A DNA stretch of 63,578 nucleotides, filler included, from Cercozoa sp. M6MM (GCA_040357565.1; 13 parts of 13 records of this genome joined end to end with filler, not necessarily neighbours in it), one strand, 5' to 3'. Shown: positions 12,411-26,266, numbered from the whole stretch's first letter. A program made the numbers and translations. Notes: generated from the sequence alone by a model not told the origin.

Positions 12411-14100
12411 CTAATCCGATTCAGGCGAAAACTCGACGTCATGGCGACACCTGCCGTGCACCCACGTTTGTCGCACGAGTCTCGAACCTTGCACGAGACA
12501 CGCCGGTCCTTGCTCCCAGAACCGAGCCTATGTTGATGGAATAGGGGGCTGAAAAATATGTACAAAGCAAGTGTACCGACGAGTCCAAGACGGTGAAGTC
12601 TGCCAGAAAGCCGGGTCGCAGCTGCCCTTGCTCGTGCTCCCTGCAAGAATCGTAAACACTCCAGCATCAACAAAACGAGACAGAGCTGTACCTTTTATAA
12701 CAGTAGGCGGCATCTTCAGTGTACAAAGCAAGCGCAGTCCAGGCGTCCAAACGTTCCTCGGGTCGGAACACGACGTCTTCGACAGCATCTTGCCTTTCGT
12801 AGCACTGCGCCGCCTGTGCGCGCAGTTGCTTGGTACGAGGACGGCACATGGCGTCACAGATGCCGAGCAGCGCGTCTGGCACCTCGATCGGCGCATCACT
12901 TCCGCCAGCACAGCGTACGCCTTGCTGCAGCAATGTCTTCCACTGGTAGGACCAGTCACGTAGTGTCGGGTGCAGTCTCTCCTCGGCCTGTCATTGGCAG
13001 TAGCGCTGAGCACACAGGCAGAATCCCCCAAGTGAATCATGTGTGTACCCAAGTGGCATCGGTCGACACGAACTGCGGTTGGATCGACGCAACGATGCCG
13101 AGTTCGCGCATGCGTGCGATCTGCGCGGGAGACAGGATCTGCGCGTGTGTTAGCACGGCACGCTTAGCACCGACCGCCTCGACGGCGTCGATCACGGCGC
13201 CGGCGGCGCGATCGCCGATGGCGTGCAGCTCGAGTCGCCAGGCATGCTGCGTCGCCGTTCGTGCCATCTGCTCGAGTGCCGGCTGCTCGTGCTGCAGCAG
13301 ACCGCAACTGCCGTGCCCGTGCACGTGCGAGCAGCGGTGCGGAGCCTCGTCGTCGCCCTGGTAGGGCAGAGAGAGTGCCGCCGTCTGCGCGCCCAGTGAG
13401 CCGTCCGTGAAGATCTTGATTCGCTCGCATACCTGTCAGAGGTCATCAATCCGGAGGTTCAAGAGAGGGAATGACGACTGATGGAGGGTGTACCAACAGG
13501 GGGTGTGCACTCGGTTGCGGAGTCTTGTGGTGCGAGGACTCGTCATCAAACACATCGGCGTACATGGCCGTCAGCAGTACACGCAGCGGTAGGTCGTTCT
13601 GCTGGCGTCGCAGCAGGGCATGCCACACCTTCCAACCGTCTGCATCGTTTGTCTGGGACACACGGGTAAGAGAGAGAGGGAGAGTTAGTGCACACATACG
13701 CACACACACACACACACCTGGACACAGGTGACGCCATTGCGCAGGTACAGTCGCATTGCAGCGAGGCACTCTTCCACTTGTTCCTGTTCGTTCTCACTGG
13801 CAGCGATTGCCGCGTGCATCGATGCCATAGCCTAATTGGGGGCAGGGAGGAACAGTACAAGCGCACACGGACAAAAGGGAACAGTGGGCCTACCGCCTCG
13901 CGAATAACGCCACTCAACGAGCCGTCGGGCAGACGATCGAGGTGTCCACCAGGCGGGGCTTCCGAGGAGTCACTTAGTCCGACACATGTCAGCGCGGACG
14001 AGCTCAAAACGGCGATGTGATGACACACGCGTAGTGCAGCTACGGCAGGCTTCACTTGTCTCCTCTTGCCTATGACAGATCGGGCCCTTCTATCTCAACA

Positions 14101-14185
<85 letters not shown>

Positions 14186-14240
14186 TCGCCACTCACCGAG
14201 TGCGTGCTGCAGCCACAAAGGCACACAAATCACATACACA
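12411..14240 (-). CDS. YtcJ-like metal-dependent amidohydrolase (Amidohydro_3), 5'-truncated
   Basis: RVCHHIAVLSSSAL, PPGGHLDRLPDGSLSGVIREA, IKIFTDGSLGAQTAALSLPY, HAIGDRA, LTHAQ, SIQPQF, AGGSDAPIE, GQLRPGFLADFTVLD. Confidence 0.92.
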
Positions 14241-14340
14241 NNNNNNNNNNNNNNNNNNNNNNNNNNNNNNNNNNNNNNNNNNNNTTAATTAATTAANNNN
14301 NNNNNNNNNNNNNNNNNNNNNNNNNNNNNNNNNNNNNNNN

Positions 14341-16439
14341 GGGTGATACCGAGTGCCGATCATGCAGCACGAAGCAGTCCCTGTAGCCGCGAAGTTGCAG
14401 GTTCGGATACGTCCTCCTCAGTAGGCCCTGTATACTCCCTTTATTCATCACCCCTTATTAACACTCTCTTTGCCCCTCTATACCCCTCCCTCTACACCCT
14501 ACCGGAAGCGACTTGAGGATAGTTTTGGCCTCCCGTGGCGACTGCGGCGATATCGGCGAGTGCGACGACACGGCGCGAATTGTGTTGGCGAGCCATTGTG
14601 CGTTCCACGCGGCGCCCTGCAGATACCGCCATTTACTCCCCATACCCCTTTACTCCCCTACCACCTTTACCCCTTTACCCCCCCCCCCGGTCCTACCTTC
14701 TCAACGTCGACCTGAAGAGCATCTGCAGCTTCGCGCAGTTGCATTGCCGCCACGGGTGCCAGTGACTAAAATGAGCGGACGTACACAGCAAGTTACACAG
14801 CAAAATACCAGCTCGGGAAAATGCGCAATACCTCCAGACAGTCGTCGAGGAATTCGCGCGCGTGCTCTGTTCGACCCAGCGGTGTTCGCAACAGCTGCTG
14901 ATCCGCACGGTTGGCATGACCGTGCAACTGAGCCACCTGCATTATTTAAGATGCGTAGAGGGGCTAAAGGGGTAAAACGGAGGTGAGAAATGCTACTGAA
15001 TGGAGCTGCTCGCGCAGTCGCTGCAACACTTGAATCGACGCCTCTGGAACATTGCTGTCTCGGACCTGATCACGGAAATTTTCGTTTAAATATCCCGATA
15101 CCAGCATTAAAACGTCAAACAACGCACCAGCATGGCCTTGCGTCGCAACTCTTGCGAAAAGAACGCATTGATTGCCTTGTCCAACGCGTTGGCTACAAAC
15201 AAGCAACAAAAAAGTGATTTTTTAGTGTCACGCATAAAGTAAGGCCTACCAGGAATGCAATCCTGGCCGTGAAATCGTGCGAGTGCACTGCAGTTCGCAA
15301 ATCTAAGGTTCAGTTTGGATCTTGGATTTTGGAATACCCATATGAGTTGAACACGTCTCGGTCAGCTGTCGATAGTGACTCGTTTTCTCTCTGCCCGAGC
15401 GGGAAGTAACAAGTCATCAACTTAGCACAAAAAAACCTACAGTCAGGTCGTGTTGCCCAAAGTCTTGTTGTGCAACCACATCTAAAGCACGTTGAGTTTC
15501 GGCAACTCTTCTTTCGATTTGTTTGTCGTTTTTGCTACAGATAATAAGAATCCACCAAACTTGAATTCTGTACGGAGCGAAAACCTTCTGACGTTAAGCG
15601 ATCTATCAAACACGCCCAGTTCGCAGAACTGCCGTAAAAATGAGCGCACTTTGCTCCGCGTGTCTGTGTCTGCAAGTGGCTGTAGTTAAATATTACAAAT
15701 GACAAGCTCGTTTGACCAGATACCGAGATCATCGTTTCTCGCCGCTTGTTGCAGCATAGATATCACAGCCTAAACACTCGACCCCGTGAGCGAAACGCAC
15801 ACGCAAACTAACCCTTGATACCTCGTGTCGTAACAGCTTCGATCCCTCATCTGCAAAAAGTTTGTTTGATTCAAGTAAAAATTATGTGATCTTTGCACTG
15901 TACCCGCAAGTTTGGCAAGTGCACTTCGCGCGATTTCTCTTCTTGCTACCAGTTCCTGCCGACAAAACGTATTACAGCAAAATAATGCGCGCAAAACAAG
16001 GTACCGCATGACCGTGTGTAAAGAACGAAATCGAGAAGAACGAGTTATCTCCACTAGACCACAATAAATATCGGTGAGAAAGATACAGGCTTAAGTACCT
16101 CTCGGTTTCTTCCGAGGCCACACTGAGTGTGTCCAACGCTGCTTGACACAGCAGAAAGGCGTTTTCAACCCTCGAAAATGCAGTCTCGGTGTCGAACTTG
16201 TCGAGTCCAGACAGCAACTGCCGCGTTTCTCGCAAACTTTGATCAGCAAATTCTTCAAAATCCTGGCCATTGGATTTGCGTAAACACGGGAATCCGAGAA
16301 AGGCGTTCTCTTGCGGTAACCGATGGAGTTTGGGTTGTTGAACATTTTGTTCTTCCACTTCGGCGAAGGCTGCACTGAAAGGTGCCGAAAATGAACGCAC
16401 AGCGCGTAATGCGCACGTCCGGAGTACTCTATCCGACAT
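14341..16439 (-). CDS. Divergent M3A peptidase-like protein (mitochondrial intermediate peptidase-like), 3'-truncated
   Basis: Mitochondrial-type leader MSDRVLRTCALRAVRSFS, then AFLGFPCL...FEEFADQSL and LQRLREQLH|xAQLHGHANRADQQLLRTPLGRTEHAREFLDD, resembling the M3A LAxLLGFxSYAxxxL...TPExVxxFL region. HExxH is not within the contig. Confidence 0.5.
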
Positions 16440-16904
16440 CTGCACACGTCTGCACTGTCTGTTGAACGTGCAGCCTCACCTTAGATGTTTAATGAAACAG
16501 ATCAGATTGAGGTTTCCCTCTGCTTTCTCGCAAGTTCGACCCTTAGTCTCGCTTTCTTCACAACAAACAGCAACAACACGCAATTGTCTGTCTGTGTATA
16601 GATTGCGTGATGGGCTAAATGGCCAAAAGTACACTTTTAAAGCAAGAGATCAACATCGGATGTCGGCGCTCCACGTGTTTTGGGAGACGCCAGATAGCAT
16701 TAGCACGTCGTGTGACCGTGCCGAGGTGCCGTACGCGAGGTATGTATGCAGTAATAAGCACTCGCAGAGCGCGCGGGCGTCGTTCCGCATATCGCTGTTA
16801 GCGAAGCACAGCTTCGTTTTTTCCTTCTGTTTTGGGTTGTTGTCGTGCGTGTTTGAAAGTGATTATGGTGTTATTTAGTTCGATAGAGAGAAGAAAGTGG
16901 TATT

Positions 16905-19748
16905 ATGGGCTTTTTCAACCCGTCGCCGCCCAAGAAGCCGGCACAGAACGACAGCAGCGATGGTTCGTTTACCTTTCATTGTCTTTGATTGTGTACTGAT
17001 GGAAGTTTTGCGCTTTTCCAGACAAGGACGCGTCTTTGAACCGCCGCGAGCGTCGCAAACAGGAGGAATCCGCCGAGAAGAAGGTATCCACATCTGCTGC
17101 TATAATTCTTCAAAGCTGCAACTGGAAACCGAATGGCACAGGCGCTCTTCTCGCAAAAGGTTTCTTCGGTAACTTTTGCTCAAATTCAGTTTGTTCTGTG
17201 CTTGCATCTGGGTGTTGAAAACAGGGCAACTTTGACCCGGCGACGTTCGAACGTGCTGCTGATGCGCTTCGCAACATCAACAAGTGCCTTTCATTTTCAC
17301 GCTTTCGATATCACTGGTCCGGATGCTTGTTGCAGTCAGCCGAACTCGGATCTTGCCTTTGACATGGTCGTCGAGGCCGAGAAGACCAAGAGAGAAGAAG
17401 CCGTTGCGCGTCAGAAGTTGGGTACGCCTCCCATGTTAGAAATCAAAGCTAGAAAGTATCAATTCTTTGTGGGAATGGTGTACAGGTGATGTCGAGAGAG
17501 AGAAGCTGCGTGCCGAGACCATCAAGTACACTTGACTATAGTCGTGGGATGATTAAACTTTACGTTTAATCTTGTGTAGGGTCCAGGAGCAAGAGCGCAG
17601 ACAAACCTTGCAGATGGAGCACCGCATGGCTCGCGAGCGCGGAAAGGAACAGCACGAGATGGCCCGCAAGCGTGATGAGGAGGTGATTTGCACTTCTTGC
17701 TTGTGTTTATCAGGTCTCATTAATTCGCTGATTTTGGGTACAGAACCGTCAGAAGCAGCACCAACTGTTCCAGCGCGAACAAAAGCAGCGACAGCAGCAA
17801 GTACCGCTTTCATGTTGACTTCACGCTTGATTCTCAGCTGTTTTTATTTGGTCCATTTTTGAGTTCAGTTCGAACGCGAGCAGCAGCAGAAGCGAGCTCT
17901 TTTCGAGGAACAACAGGTACTGCTTTTACAGATATGCCGCTTTGATCTGACGTTAATCGTTTGGCGATTTGAAGCGCATCGACGACCAGAAGCACCAGCG
18001 ACGCGAGAAGGCGCGCGAGCAGCAGGTTTTTTCTGCCTGTTCTTTGAATAAAGCATAATGTCGGTTGTAACAACAGCGCATGCGCATCATGGAGCGCGAG
18101 AAGGCGATCCAGATGGAGAACGGTATTTTCAATTTTTCCAGCGTATAGTGAGTTACCTTTTTTTGTGCAGACAAGCAGCTGCTAAAGATGCGTATTGAAG
18201 CCGAAACGCGCAAGGAGCGCGAGAACTTTGACCTCAACAAGGAGATGCGCGAGCTGGATCTCGCCGAGAAGAAGGAAGAGTTCAAGATGGTAACTTGTCT
18301 GCTTTTTCTCAAGAGTTTGAAGTTGTTTAAACGTTTTTGATGCAAGTAGGAGCTCGAGTTGCGTGCCAAGCAACTCACCGAGAAGCTCAAGTTCTTCTCC
18401 GACTTTGCGTCTTCGCCGGCCAAGATGGGCATGCTCACTGGTACTGTCACTTCACTCGTATCTCATTCAAGATCAACATGTATGTCATGTATCCGTAGGT
18501 GCCATCTCGCTGACATTCGCGTCGTTTTTTGGTGCTCGCTACCTCGAGCGAGTTGCCGGCATGCCCAAGTTGGTACCAGCTTGACAATATACATTTTTCG
18601 GTGGAATGTAATATAATGTGTCCTTGGGCAGGTGCGTGACAGTTCGCGTCTGAACTACCTGCGACCGACCTCGTGGATGACTGGTACTCTTCTTTGAACT
18701 GACCGAGAAGAGTCATTCTAAAAACTGAATTGAACTGAATGAACTGATCGCGTTTGTAGCTTTGAGACGCCGTCGTGTGGGCAACCAGGCCACCGCTGAT
18801 GCACTCACTGATGGTATGGCATTGCATGGATCTTGTTAAGGCAAAGCTATAAGGGTTGTTCGCAGAGATTGTGCTGCCGCCGAGTGTCCGCCGGGATATC
18901 TCAATGTTGGTAAGTTAGTTTGGTCGAACAAGATTGCTTTTGTGATTGATTTTTTGTATTTTCTGAGTAGTCACGCTCGCTCAAGCGACAGCAGGAGCGT
19001 CAGTTTGCATTCCGACATGTGTTGGTACAGCTTGCACTCGTGTGTCCAAACACGTATGTGCACGTGTGGGTTTTTGTAGTTGCACGGTCCGCCGGGTACG
19101 GGTAAGACGCTGTTCGCCAAGCGACTGGCTCTGGAATCGGGACTCGATTACGTGAGTTGGCCTGTCTTTTGAAGCTCGCGTTTGGGGTCTATGTGTGCGT
19201 GTAAGTGTGAATGATGTGTAAGTGTGAATGATGACTGGTGTTGACAGGCCATTCTGAGTGGTGGTGATGTGAGTTCACTGGGCGACAAGGCGCCCAACGA
19301 GATCAACAAGGTCTTTGACTGGGCCGAGGGTCGCAAGGGTGGCACGATCCTCTTTATTGACGAGGCCGAGGCTTTCTTGAAGAAGGGCCGTGAAAACGCC
19401 GCTCTGGGCGACAACGCGAGCAACGCTCTGACGACCTTCCTGGGTCGTACGGGCACTGAGACCACGCAGTTTATGATCGTGCTGGCGACCAACGTGCCGC
19501 ATGTACGCCTCTCTCTCTCTCTATCTCTATCTCTATCTCTATATATCTCTCTCTCTTGCTTTCTCTGTACTGTGTGTTTACATAAATGCTCTTGCTTTGG
19601 CAGGTGCTGGACGATGCCGTCGACAGTCGAATCACATCATCAGTGCTGTTCCCGCTGCCAGGCCACGAGGAGCGCGTGCAGCTCTGGCGACAATACGTGC
19701 GCAAGAACTGGTGCCTTGCTTCGTTTTTCTACCCCCTCTTTGTCCCTT
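16905..19748 (+). CDS. ATAD3: ATPase family AAA domain-containing protein 3, 3'-truncated, many short introns
   Basis: Coiled-coil N-terminus ([13 protein letters not shown]), GMPK|LVRDSSR, FRHVL|[24 protein letters not shown]|[44 protein letters not shown]. Confidence 0.95.
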
Positions 19749-19848
19749 NNNNNNNNNNNNNNNNNNNNNNNNNNNNNNNNNNNNNNNNNNNNTTAATTAA
19801 TTAANNNNNNNNNNNNNNNNNNNNNNNNNNNNNNNNNNNNNNNNNNNN

Positions 19849-20426
19849 AGAACCGTCGTCGCATGCGCCAACGTGTCGAAAGTTTCAAACGCTCGCGTCG
19901 GGTACCTTGTGCCATTGCTGGGATTAAGGGGGTTAAGGGGTTAAGGGGGTTAAGGAGGTAAGGTGGTGAAGGGGGTAAGGTGGTTAAGGGGCATTGGTCA
20001 AAAAGGAGTATATGGGGTAAGGGGCTAAGGGGGTTAAGCGGTAAAGTAATGTTGTTTTGCAGGAGAAAATCGAAGAAATCACACGCGCGTTTTTGGAACG
20101 ACACGAGGAGTTTGAGGTACTGTTTACCCCCCCCCCCCCCGCGCACCCCTTTACCCCCTGCAAAACAGAGGTACGCGGTGGTGTGGGACGCGCGCGCGCG
20201 CTGGTTCGCGCACGAGCAGTGCATCGGCCACCAGGCGCGCATCGGCGACGTCGATGTCATCGCGAAACGCGCACTCGCGGACGACCCCGCGGACGCTGAT
20301 CCTGCGGACGTTGACCCCGCGGACACTGACCCAGACACTGACCCGGACACTGACAGGAGTCCAGGAGGCAGCAACGAAATTCACAGCGCCGTCACCTTCC
20401 TGACGCGGCTGCTGCTTGAGATTTAG
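19849..20426 (+). CDS. Hypothetical protein 3' end with (D-P-A-D-x)/(DPDT) repeats
   Basis: Three exons ending ...DDPADADPADVDPADTDPDTDPDTDRS...LLLEI*. Confidence 0.5.
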
Positions 20427-20817
20427 GACTTAATCAAACAGTGTGACAGTACTGCTCTAGCGTGAGAGAAGCAGGAAGCATGGTATGTTGGCTCAGACGC
20501 AGGTGTCCATTCCACTCACAGCAATTCGTCGTACGCGTGTGTTCATAGGCGGAGTTCTTAAAGCGCTGTTACGACCAAGGACGGCTTCCTTCGGGCGAGA
20601 CCTCAGTGGGATCACCTCGAGACCCAGCTGGGGTATTTCATCTTCAGTTATGACGAGTAGTCAAATGACAGACTTGATTGACAGAGAAACGCGATGCCGT
20701 AACAGTATACGTACTGTGGTTGGTTTCTCACTATCGAATACAGTACCTGACCAGCCTCAGGCTGTCAGGCTAAATAAATCTCAGTTTAATGATGAACGCC
20801 CGGTCTGACTGAGTCGC

Positions 20818-21175
20818 CTAGTCGGAATCCTCGTCCGAAGAGGACTCCTCCTCTGATGAGGACTCTTCCATGAAGTCGGCCGCGTCGTAGATTACCCTTT
20901 TTGTCACACAGTTGAAACGCAAGCCATTGTGATCTACTGTGAGGTACCTGATGATGAGCGAGCAGGAGGGACACCTTGCGATCTCCTCGCCGTCCATCAG
21001 CTGCTCCAACGCGATCTGAAACTGGTCGCCGCACGGACACGGGTAGTGATAGAACTCGCCGTCCTGTTTCACAGTCACATCACCCCCCCCCCCCCCCCCC
21101 AGATTGACAATTGTGCCCACCTCATCAAATTCCATGTCCTCGATCTCGATTTCGTCATAAATCGCCTCATCTCCA
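20818..21175 (-). CDS. DPH3: Diphthamide biosynthesis protein 3 (KTI11, CSL zinc finger), start missing
   Basis: [14 protein letters not shown]|..[35 protein letters not shown]|VIYD followed by an acidic tail. Confidence 0.95.
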
Positions 21176-21275
21176 NNNNNNNNNNNNNNNNNNNNNNNNN
21201 NNNNNNNNNNNNNNNNNNNTTAATTAATTAANNNNNNNNNNNNNNNNNNNNNNNNNNNNNNNNNNNNNNNNNNNN

Positions 21276-22070
21276 GGGGGGGGGGTAAACTACTGAAGAA
21301 GATGCGCTGACGCAGCTTGGCGCTGCACTTGTCGAAATCGACGCTACGCTGGTGGTAGGCCTCCATAACCCAACTGCACACGCCTGTTGGGGGGGGGGAG
21401 AGGGAGGGTAAAAGGGGTAAAAAGGGGAGTAGATGGGGCTAACACACCCTGGAAGTTGTGCTGCTCAAGCGCCTCGACGAGGTAGTGTCCGCAGAAGTTC
21501 CACAGGTGCAGGTAGTACATGTCGGCGATCCAGGACACAAGTGATACGCCAGTGCGAGTGACATGCCAGTTCTCCTGGCCTTCCTGCACCAGTATACCTC
21601 CCACAATACCTCCGAATACCTACCCTTAAATAACACTGTCCTGTGATAACTGGGCGCACCAATAGCCAGCCAGAGCCGCCGAATTGTTGCAGTGCACGCG
21701 CCAGGAACACGCTCGACACGGCCCACAGGAAGGCGCTGCAACTCAAGAGGTGGCAACCTTACTTCTTATACCCTACCTACCTCAGTAGACATGTGTTTTC
21801 TCAGTGGTGTACCTACTGAACACGTCATTTCGCACCTCCTTTTTCGAGCGCCGGCCTTCTGCATGAGATAGAAAGGCACACATGAGGTCAAGAGGGCACT
21901 TAGAGCCTCATGAAGTTAAAGGGAAAGCGCACGCTCATCGGCGAGTAATCGCGTGCCCAGCCAGTCGCCTGAACAGTCCAGTTCGAGGTATCGATCTCTG
22001 CTGACTTGGGTACAACAGGTACGGACGCACTTACCTAGAATCACCTCAACTACCAACAACGTTAGGCCTC
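21276..22070 (-). CDS. Hypothetical protein, 3'-truncated
   Basis: Exon-like frames ILVQEGQENWHVTRTGVSLVSWIADMYYLHLWNFCGHYLVEALEQHNFQ|GVCSWVMEAYHQRSVDFDKCSAKLRQRIFF. No family recognised. Confidence 0.4.
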
Positions 22071-22395
22071 CGCCCACCTGCGCATAATGTAGACACATAC
22101 CGGTCCCAGCACAACAGATCAACTCGCACAAAACATGTGCAAAAACAAGGCGTTCATACGATCTTTAACACATCGAGGCCCAGTGAGACGATCATTGTCG
22201 ATCTTTTCTCCGGGCGTCCCCGTTCTGCTCAGCAGGCAGGCGCAGTGAAAGTGCACTTGAGTCTCTCACGTCGCGTTGTTCTTCTACAGCTCGTACAGCA
22301 CAGCTGACTTGGTGAGCCAAGCACGGTTCTTTTTTGTTAAGGCTGCACCAATTTTTGTTTCTCGCCTTTATCGACAAAGTCCGAATGCCGGCGCA

Positions 22396-23981
22396 ATGCG
22401 GCACCTCCTGAAAGCCAATTCCGCCGCCTCTCAGTGGATACAGGATGCGGGAGAGCGAAACAACGCGGCAGCGCGAAGCTGGCGCGCTTGAGACTGTTAT
22501 TACTGGCACTTTTGACCGGCATTCTGTAAAACTAAACTAAATCTGAGATCCCGACAAAGTGCATCGCCAGGGGAAATTGAGTTTACACATAGAAACCCGC
22601 TCGGCAGCCCGAGGGTGCACCGACAGCACAGCAGCGGAAGCACATTCTCGTGTATTGCTTTGGCTGCTTTTGCATCTTTCTGACTGCAGGTTCGTTCCCT
22701 TGCACTCTGCTTTCTCGAGTTTGATTGTGCGTACATGTCAGTAAAACTTAGTGTCGTACGTGGCCGGCAATGTGCTTGTGGAACGAGCTGCCAACGGCGT
22801 GCCAGGAAACACGTAAGTTTACATCGACCCGATAAAGTCCTGTATTTAAGTGCATGATGTGCCATTGGGCAGGAACGTTCCTTTCTTCATGTCTTGGATG
22901 GGCGCTTCGATTTACGTCGTATTGCTGCCTTGGATGTTCCTTTCTCGCCGCTCGACGGGAGTACTCGAGGGAGAAACAACGGCCATCCCGCCTTTAAAGG
23001 TAAATTTATTGTCGGACCGGTTCCAAGTCCCCGTTGAATTCTGCGTTTCACCAGCTGCTCGTAAAAGAAGCTGCTTTGGTTCTCCCGATTTTCGTAATCG
23101 CTGCCGTTCTGTGTAACTGGTACAGTACTGTACAGTGCGTAATAATCTATTGATGCACTGTATGACATCGGCAAACGTCAATGTTTGCAGGCCAGTGATG
23201 CACATGAGCGCATCGGAGGTCTCTGTGGTGGCACAAGTCGGCGTTGTCACCGGTCTTGCCGTTGAATTCTGCGTTGCGCGTCGCCTACTCGCACGCCAGG
23301 CAGCGGCAGAAGACATCAGCACCGCCACCGATGCATATGTAAAGGGCACCACAACCAACAAGGAGCTGCTGTGCGCCTTCTTTGTACTTTGCAGCGTCGT
23401 TCTCGCACAGTGGTAACTGAAACTGGGTTAATCCATCTTTTTACTGTAAAAAATACAAATAAGGGCCAGTTGAACATGTGAGTGCTATATATCTAATGCA
23501 GGTCGGTGTTCACCTCGAAAGGAACCACGTCAGAAGGAGCTTTCCACGCCGTCATGTTGTTCACATTCGCCGTGAGCACGGTGTTCTTCGCCTTGTTCAG
23601 CGTGCAGGTAACTTAGCCTCTCTTCCGTGTGTACTTTCACCGAACTGAACATCGCAGATCGAGCGGCTCTCTGACCGTGGACTTTCCGTTTCACACGTTC
23701 TGGCTGTCTTGGGTCTGCTGGCGATCCTGCTTCTGTAAACTGCAGTTTCCTCCTTTGCTCTTCGCACACCCACGAAGTGCAGTCAAGGCACTGTCGTGTA
23801 TTGTCTAGTACGATTAATTGAAAGTGAGTGTGCGCAGCTGGCCTGTGCAAGTTTTGCTCCACTTTGTGGGCCTGGAGGATTTCACGAAACTGGCGCAACT
23901 GCCGGCCGCACAGCGACGCTTGTTCGCATTCCTCGTGGTCCACTTGCATACATCTTTTGCGACGCTTGTGTGTGTGTGTGT

Positions 23982-24047
<66 letters not shown>

Positions 24048-24661
24048 TGTGTGTGTGTGATCAACGCTCCACGATTAACGCTTCACTGAATAGGCAGCGA
24101 ACGCGTCCGTGTCGTTGTTTTCGAATCTGTTTTACGTTTGGGGCGTCAAATACACATCTGCCGTACAGGGCCTTGTCGGATGTAATTTACCCTTCGGCTT
24201 TACCAGAACTGTTTCCTTCAATCATCTTCTGCTATGCTTACAAAGTGACAATGTCGGTGCCTCTCTCTGTTGTGGTACCTTACTATAAATTTACAAATTG
24301 ACACACACACACAAGTGCGGCATAAATTAAAGAGTGTGTGTTGAACATCAATTTAGTGGGATCACGCAGTAGCTGGCCCACTTGGGGTTCAGTCAGAAGC
24401 CGTCGAGGCGCTTACTTGGCAAAAGTAACGCACTCTAGCTTGTGAGTACAGCACACAGTAAAACCTTGAATTTGTGTATCACCAGGATAACGGGATCTGT
24501 GTGCGTTGTGTTGGCTGTCACTGCTTTGACAGGTACAACTGGAATGCACTTTCCCAGTTTACAGACCAACATACTGAAGACTACAGTACAATTCATGGCA
24601 TTGTGTGTAATTAGTGCTGCGTGCACGTCGTCGAATGCCTCGCGACATCGAACTCCAGTAG
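22396..24661 (+). CDS. Drug/metabolite transporter (EamA/SLC35F-like) multipass membrane protein
   Basis: Many hydrophobic exons: PFFMSWMGASIYVVLLPW, HMSASEVSVVAQ, LFYVWGVKYTSAVQGLVG|VTMSVPLSVV|WD, TWQK|ITGSVCVVLAV. Start uncertain. Confidence 0.72.
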
Positions 24662-24813
24662 AGCCTCAGTGTTTCTGTCTTAGCCCCCGCGCGGATGCAG
24701 ACAACTGGAAAAGGCAAAGCAGCCGAGATAGCCGAATAGATGTTTGCCTCTAAGTCGGTTGCATTCGTGTCTACCTGACACTGGAGGCTTTGGTAGCCAG
24801 CACTAACTCAGTC

Positions 24814-25978
24814 ATGCCAAGTGACGTTAACTTTGAGCAAGAGCTCTTCGGGGAACTGAAAGCAGATCGCTTGTCAGTAAGTTCCGATTCTGGGTTCGCC
24901 TGAGTCGCGTAAATGTCTTAATATTGTGGCAGTAACAATGCACTGATGTAAATGTCGCAACGTGTGCAGGTTCTCGTGCAAAAACAAGAGGTGATAGGTG
25001 AAGAATCCATCTTCTCGCTTTTGGATGGACTGAATGCAGTCCCCGTGAGCGACACTGAGACCGAGGAGCAAGAGTCGGTTGGCGAGATTGGTGAAACTTC
25101 CCAACGAAGCTTAACGGCGCTTCTTAAACCAAAGAAGACACAGTCATCCGCGCTGTCGAACACTTTAAAATCTTCTGTGGCAGTTCCAGTTGAAAAGCAA
25201 AAGCAGAACGTCAACGGAGGTACGATCGGCGAGCAGTCGCGGCCAACCTTCATGCTACTCGACGTGCGAACGAAAAGTGAGTTTGAGCGCTATCACATTC
25301 GCTACGCAGTGCACTTTGATCCATCGACGCTGCGGAGGGATCGGATTCCTGATGCACTGGTGGCCGCGAAGAATCGGCCGAATCAAATTATCATCGTCTG
25401 TGCTGGTGAAACTGTCCGTTTCGTTTTGCGCTCGCTTGCTTGATTTTAAATTTACGATTTCACCTTGGACAGACACACAAAGAGACGCTGTCGCTGCTTG
25501 CAGGCAGTTAGTGCAGAAGTTCTTCGACAATGTGAAAATGCTCACCCAGAGTACAAAAACGATAACTGCTATTACATCCAAAAACTGGCTTTCCAGCTGT
25601 ATTTATGCTGTATTGGGCAGGCGTGACGAAGTTCCTGCAACGAAGACCCTTTCTTTGTGTCGGTACGCCGCCTGTACCGCCGCGTCGAAAGAAAGAACCG
25701 TAGTTTTACCTAAACTGCACTGTTCAAGTTGGATCCGCATAACATTTCCTGACAGTGTCTACAAGTACTGGCACCACGGCGACAAAAACGGCAATCGCAC
25801 CGTCAGTCGGCGAATTCGTACATCACAGGACCAGCGCTCGACGCTACTCGAACAAGAGCAGTCGGATCTGGCTTCGGTTTCTACCTTCGGCACCCTGGGC
25901 ACGCGATTCAGCTGTCTGTCGCTGTCGAGTTCTTTTCACTCAAAGAGACCCTCCGGACACAGGTCTGCTTGGAAGTAG
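24814..25978 (+). CDS. CEP41: Centrosomal protein 41-like (rhodanese-like domain)
   Basis: FMLLDVRTKSEFERYHIRYAVHF...AKNRPNQIIIVC|..AVAACRQLVQKFFDNVKMLT|..FL...GTPP, ending in WK*. Confidence 0.8.
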
Positions 25979-26266
25979 CTGCCGTCTGCGACTGTGCGAC
26001 AACAATGCCGGGACACAACACAGACCGAGAACAGTTGTACGATTCTCAATCGTGCTGCTGTCGTATGTTGTGTTTACTGGCGTGCGTCAACTAAATTTAC
26101 TGGGTCAATTTTATTTTGCGGCGTCGTAATTTACCTCGTCAGAGATCTGGCGTGCCGCCAAAAGTAATCCCGAAGTAGGAGTGAAGAGCACACACTGTGC
26201 CGCGTTGGAGACAGAGGAAGCTACAACTCGAAGCTATAGCAACAACTGCCACGCAGAACGAGCGGA

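Noticed and set aside
12411-14240. YtcJ-like amidohydrolase as bacterial contamination or a novelty
   Set aside because: It is intron-containing and embedded among host genes, and the family is known in plants (LAF3) and fungi.
19920-19960. True telomere
   Set aside because: Degenerate GGGGTTAA units inside a GT-AG intron, not a terminal array.
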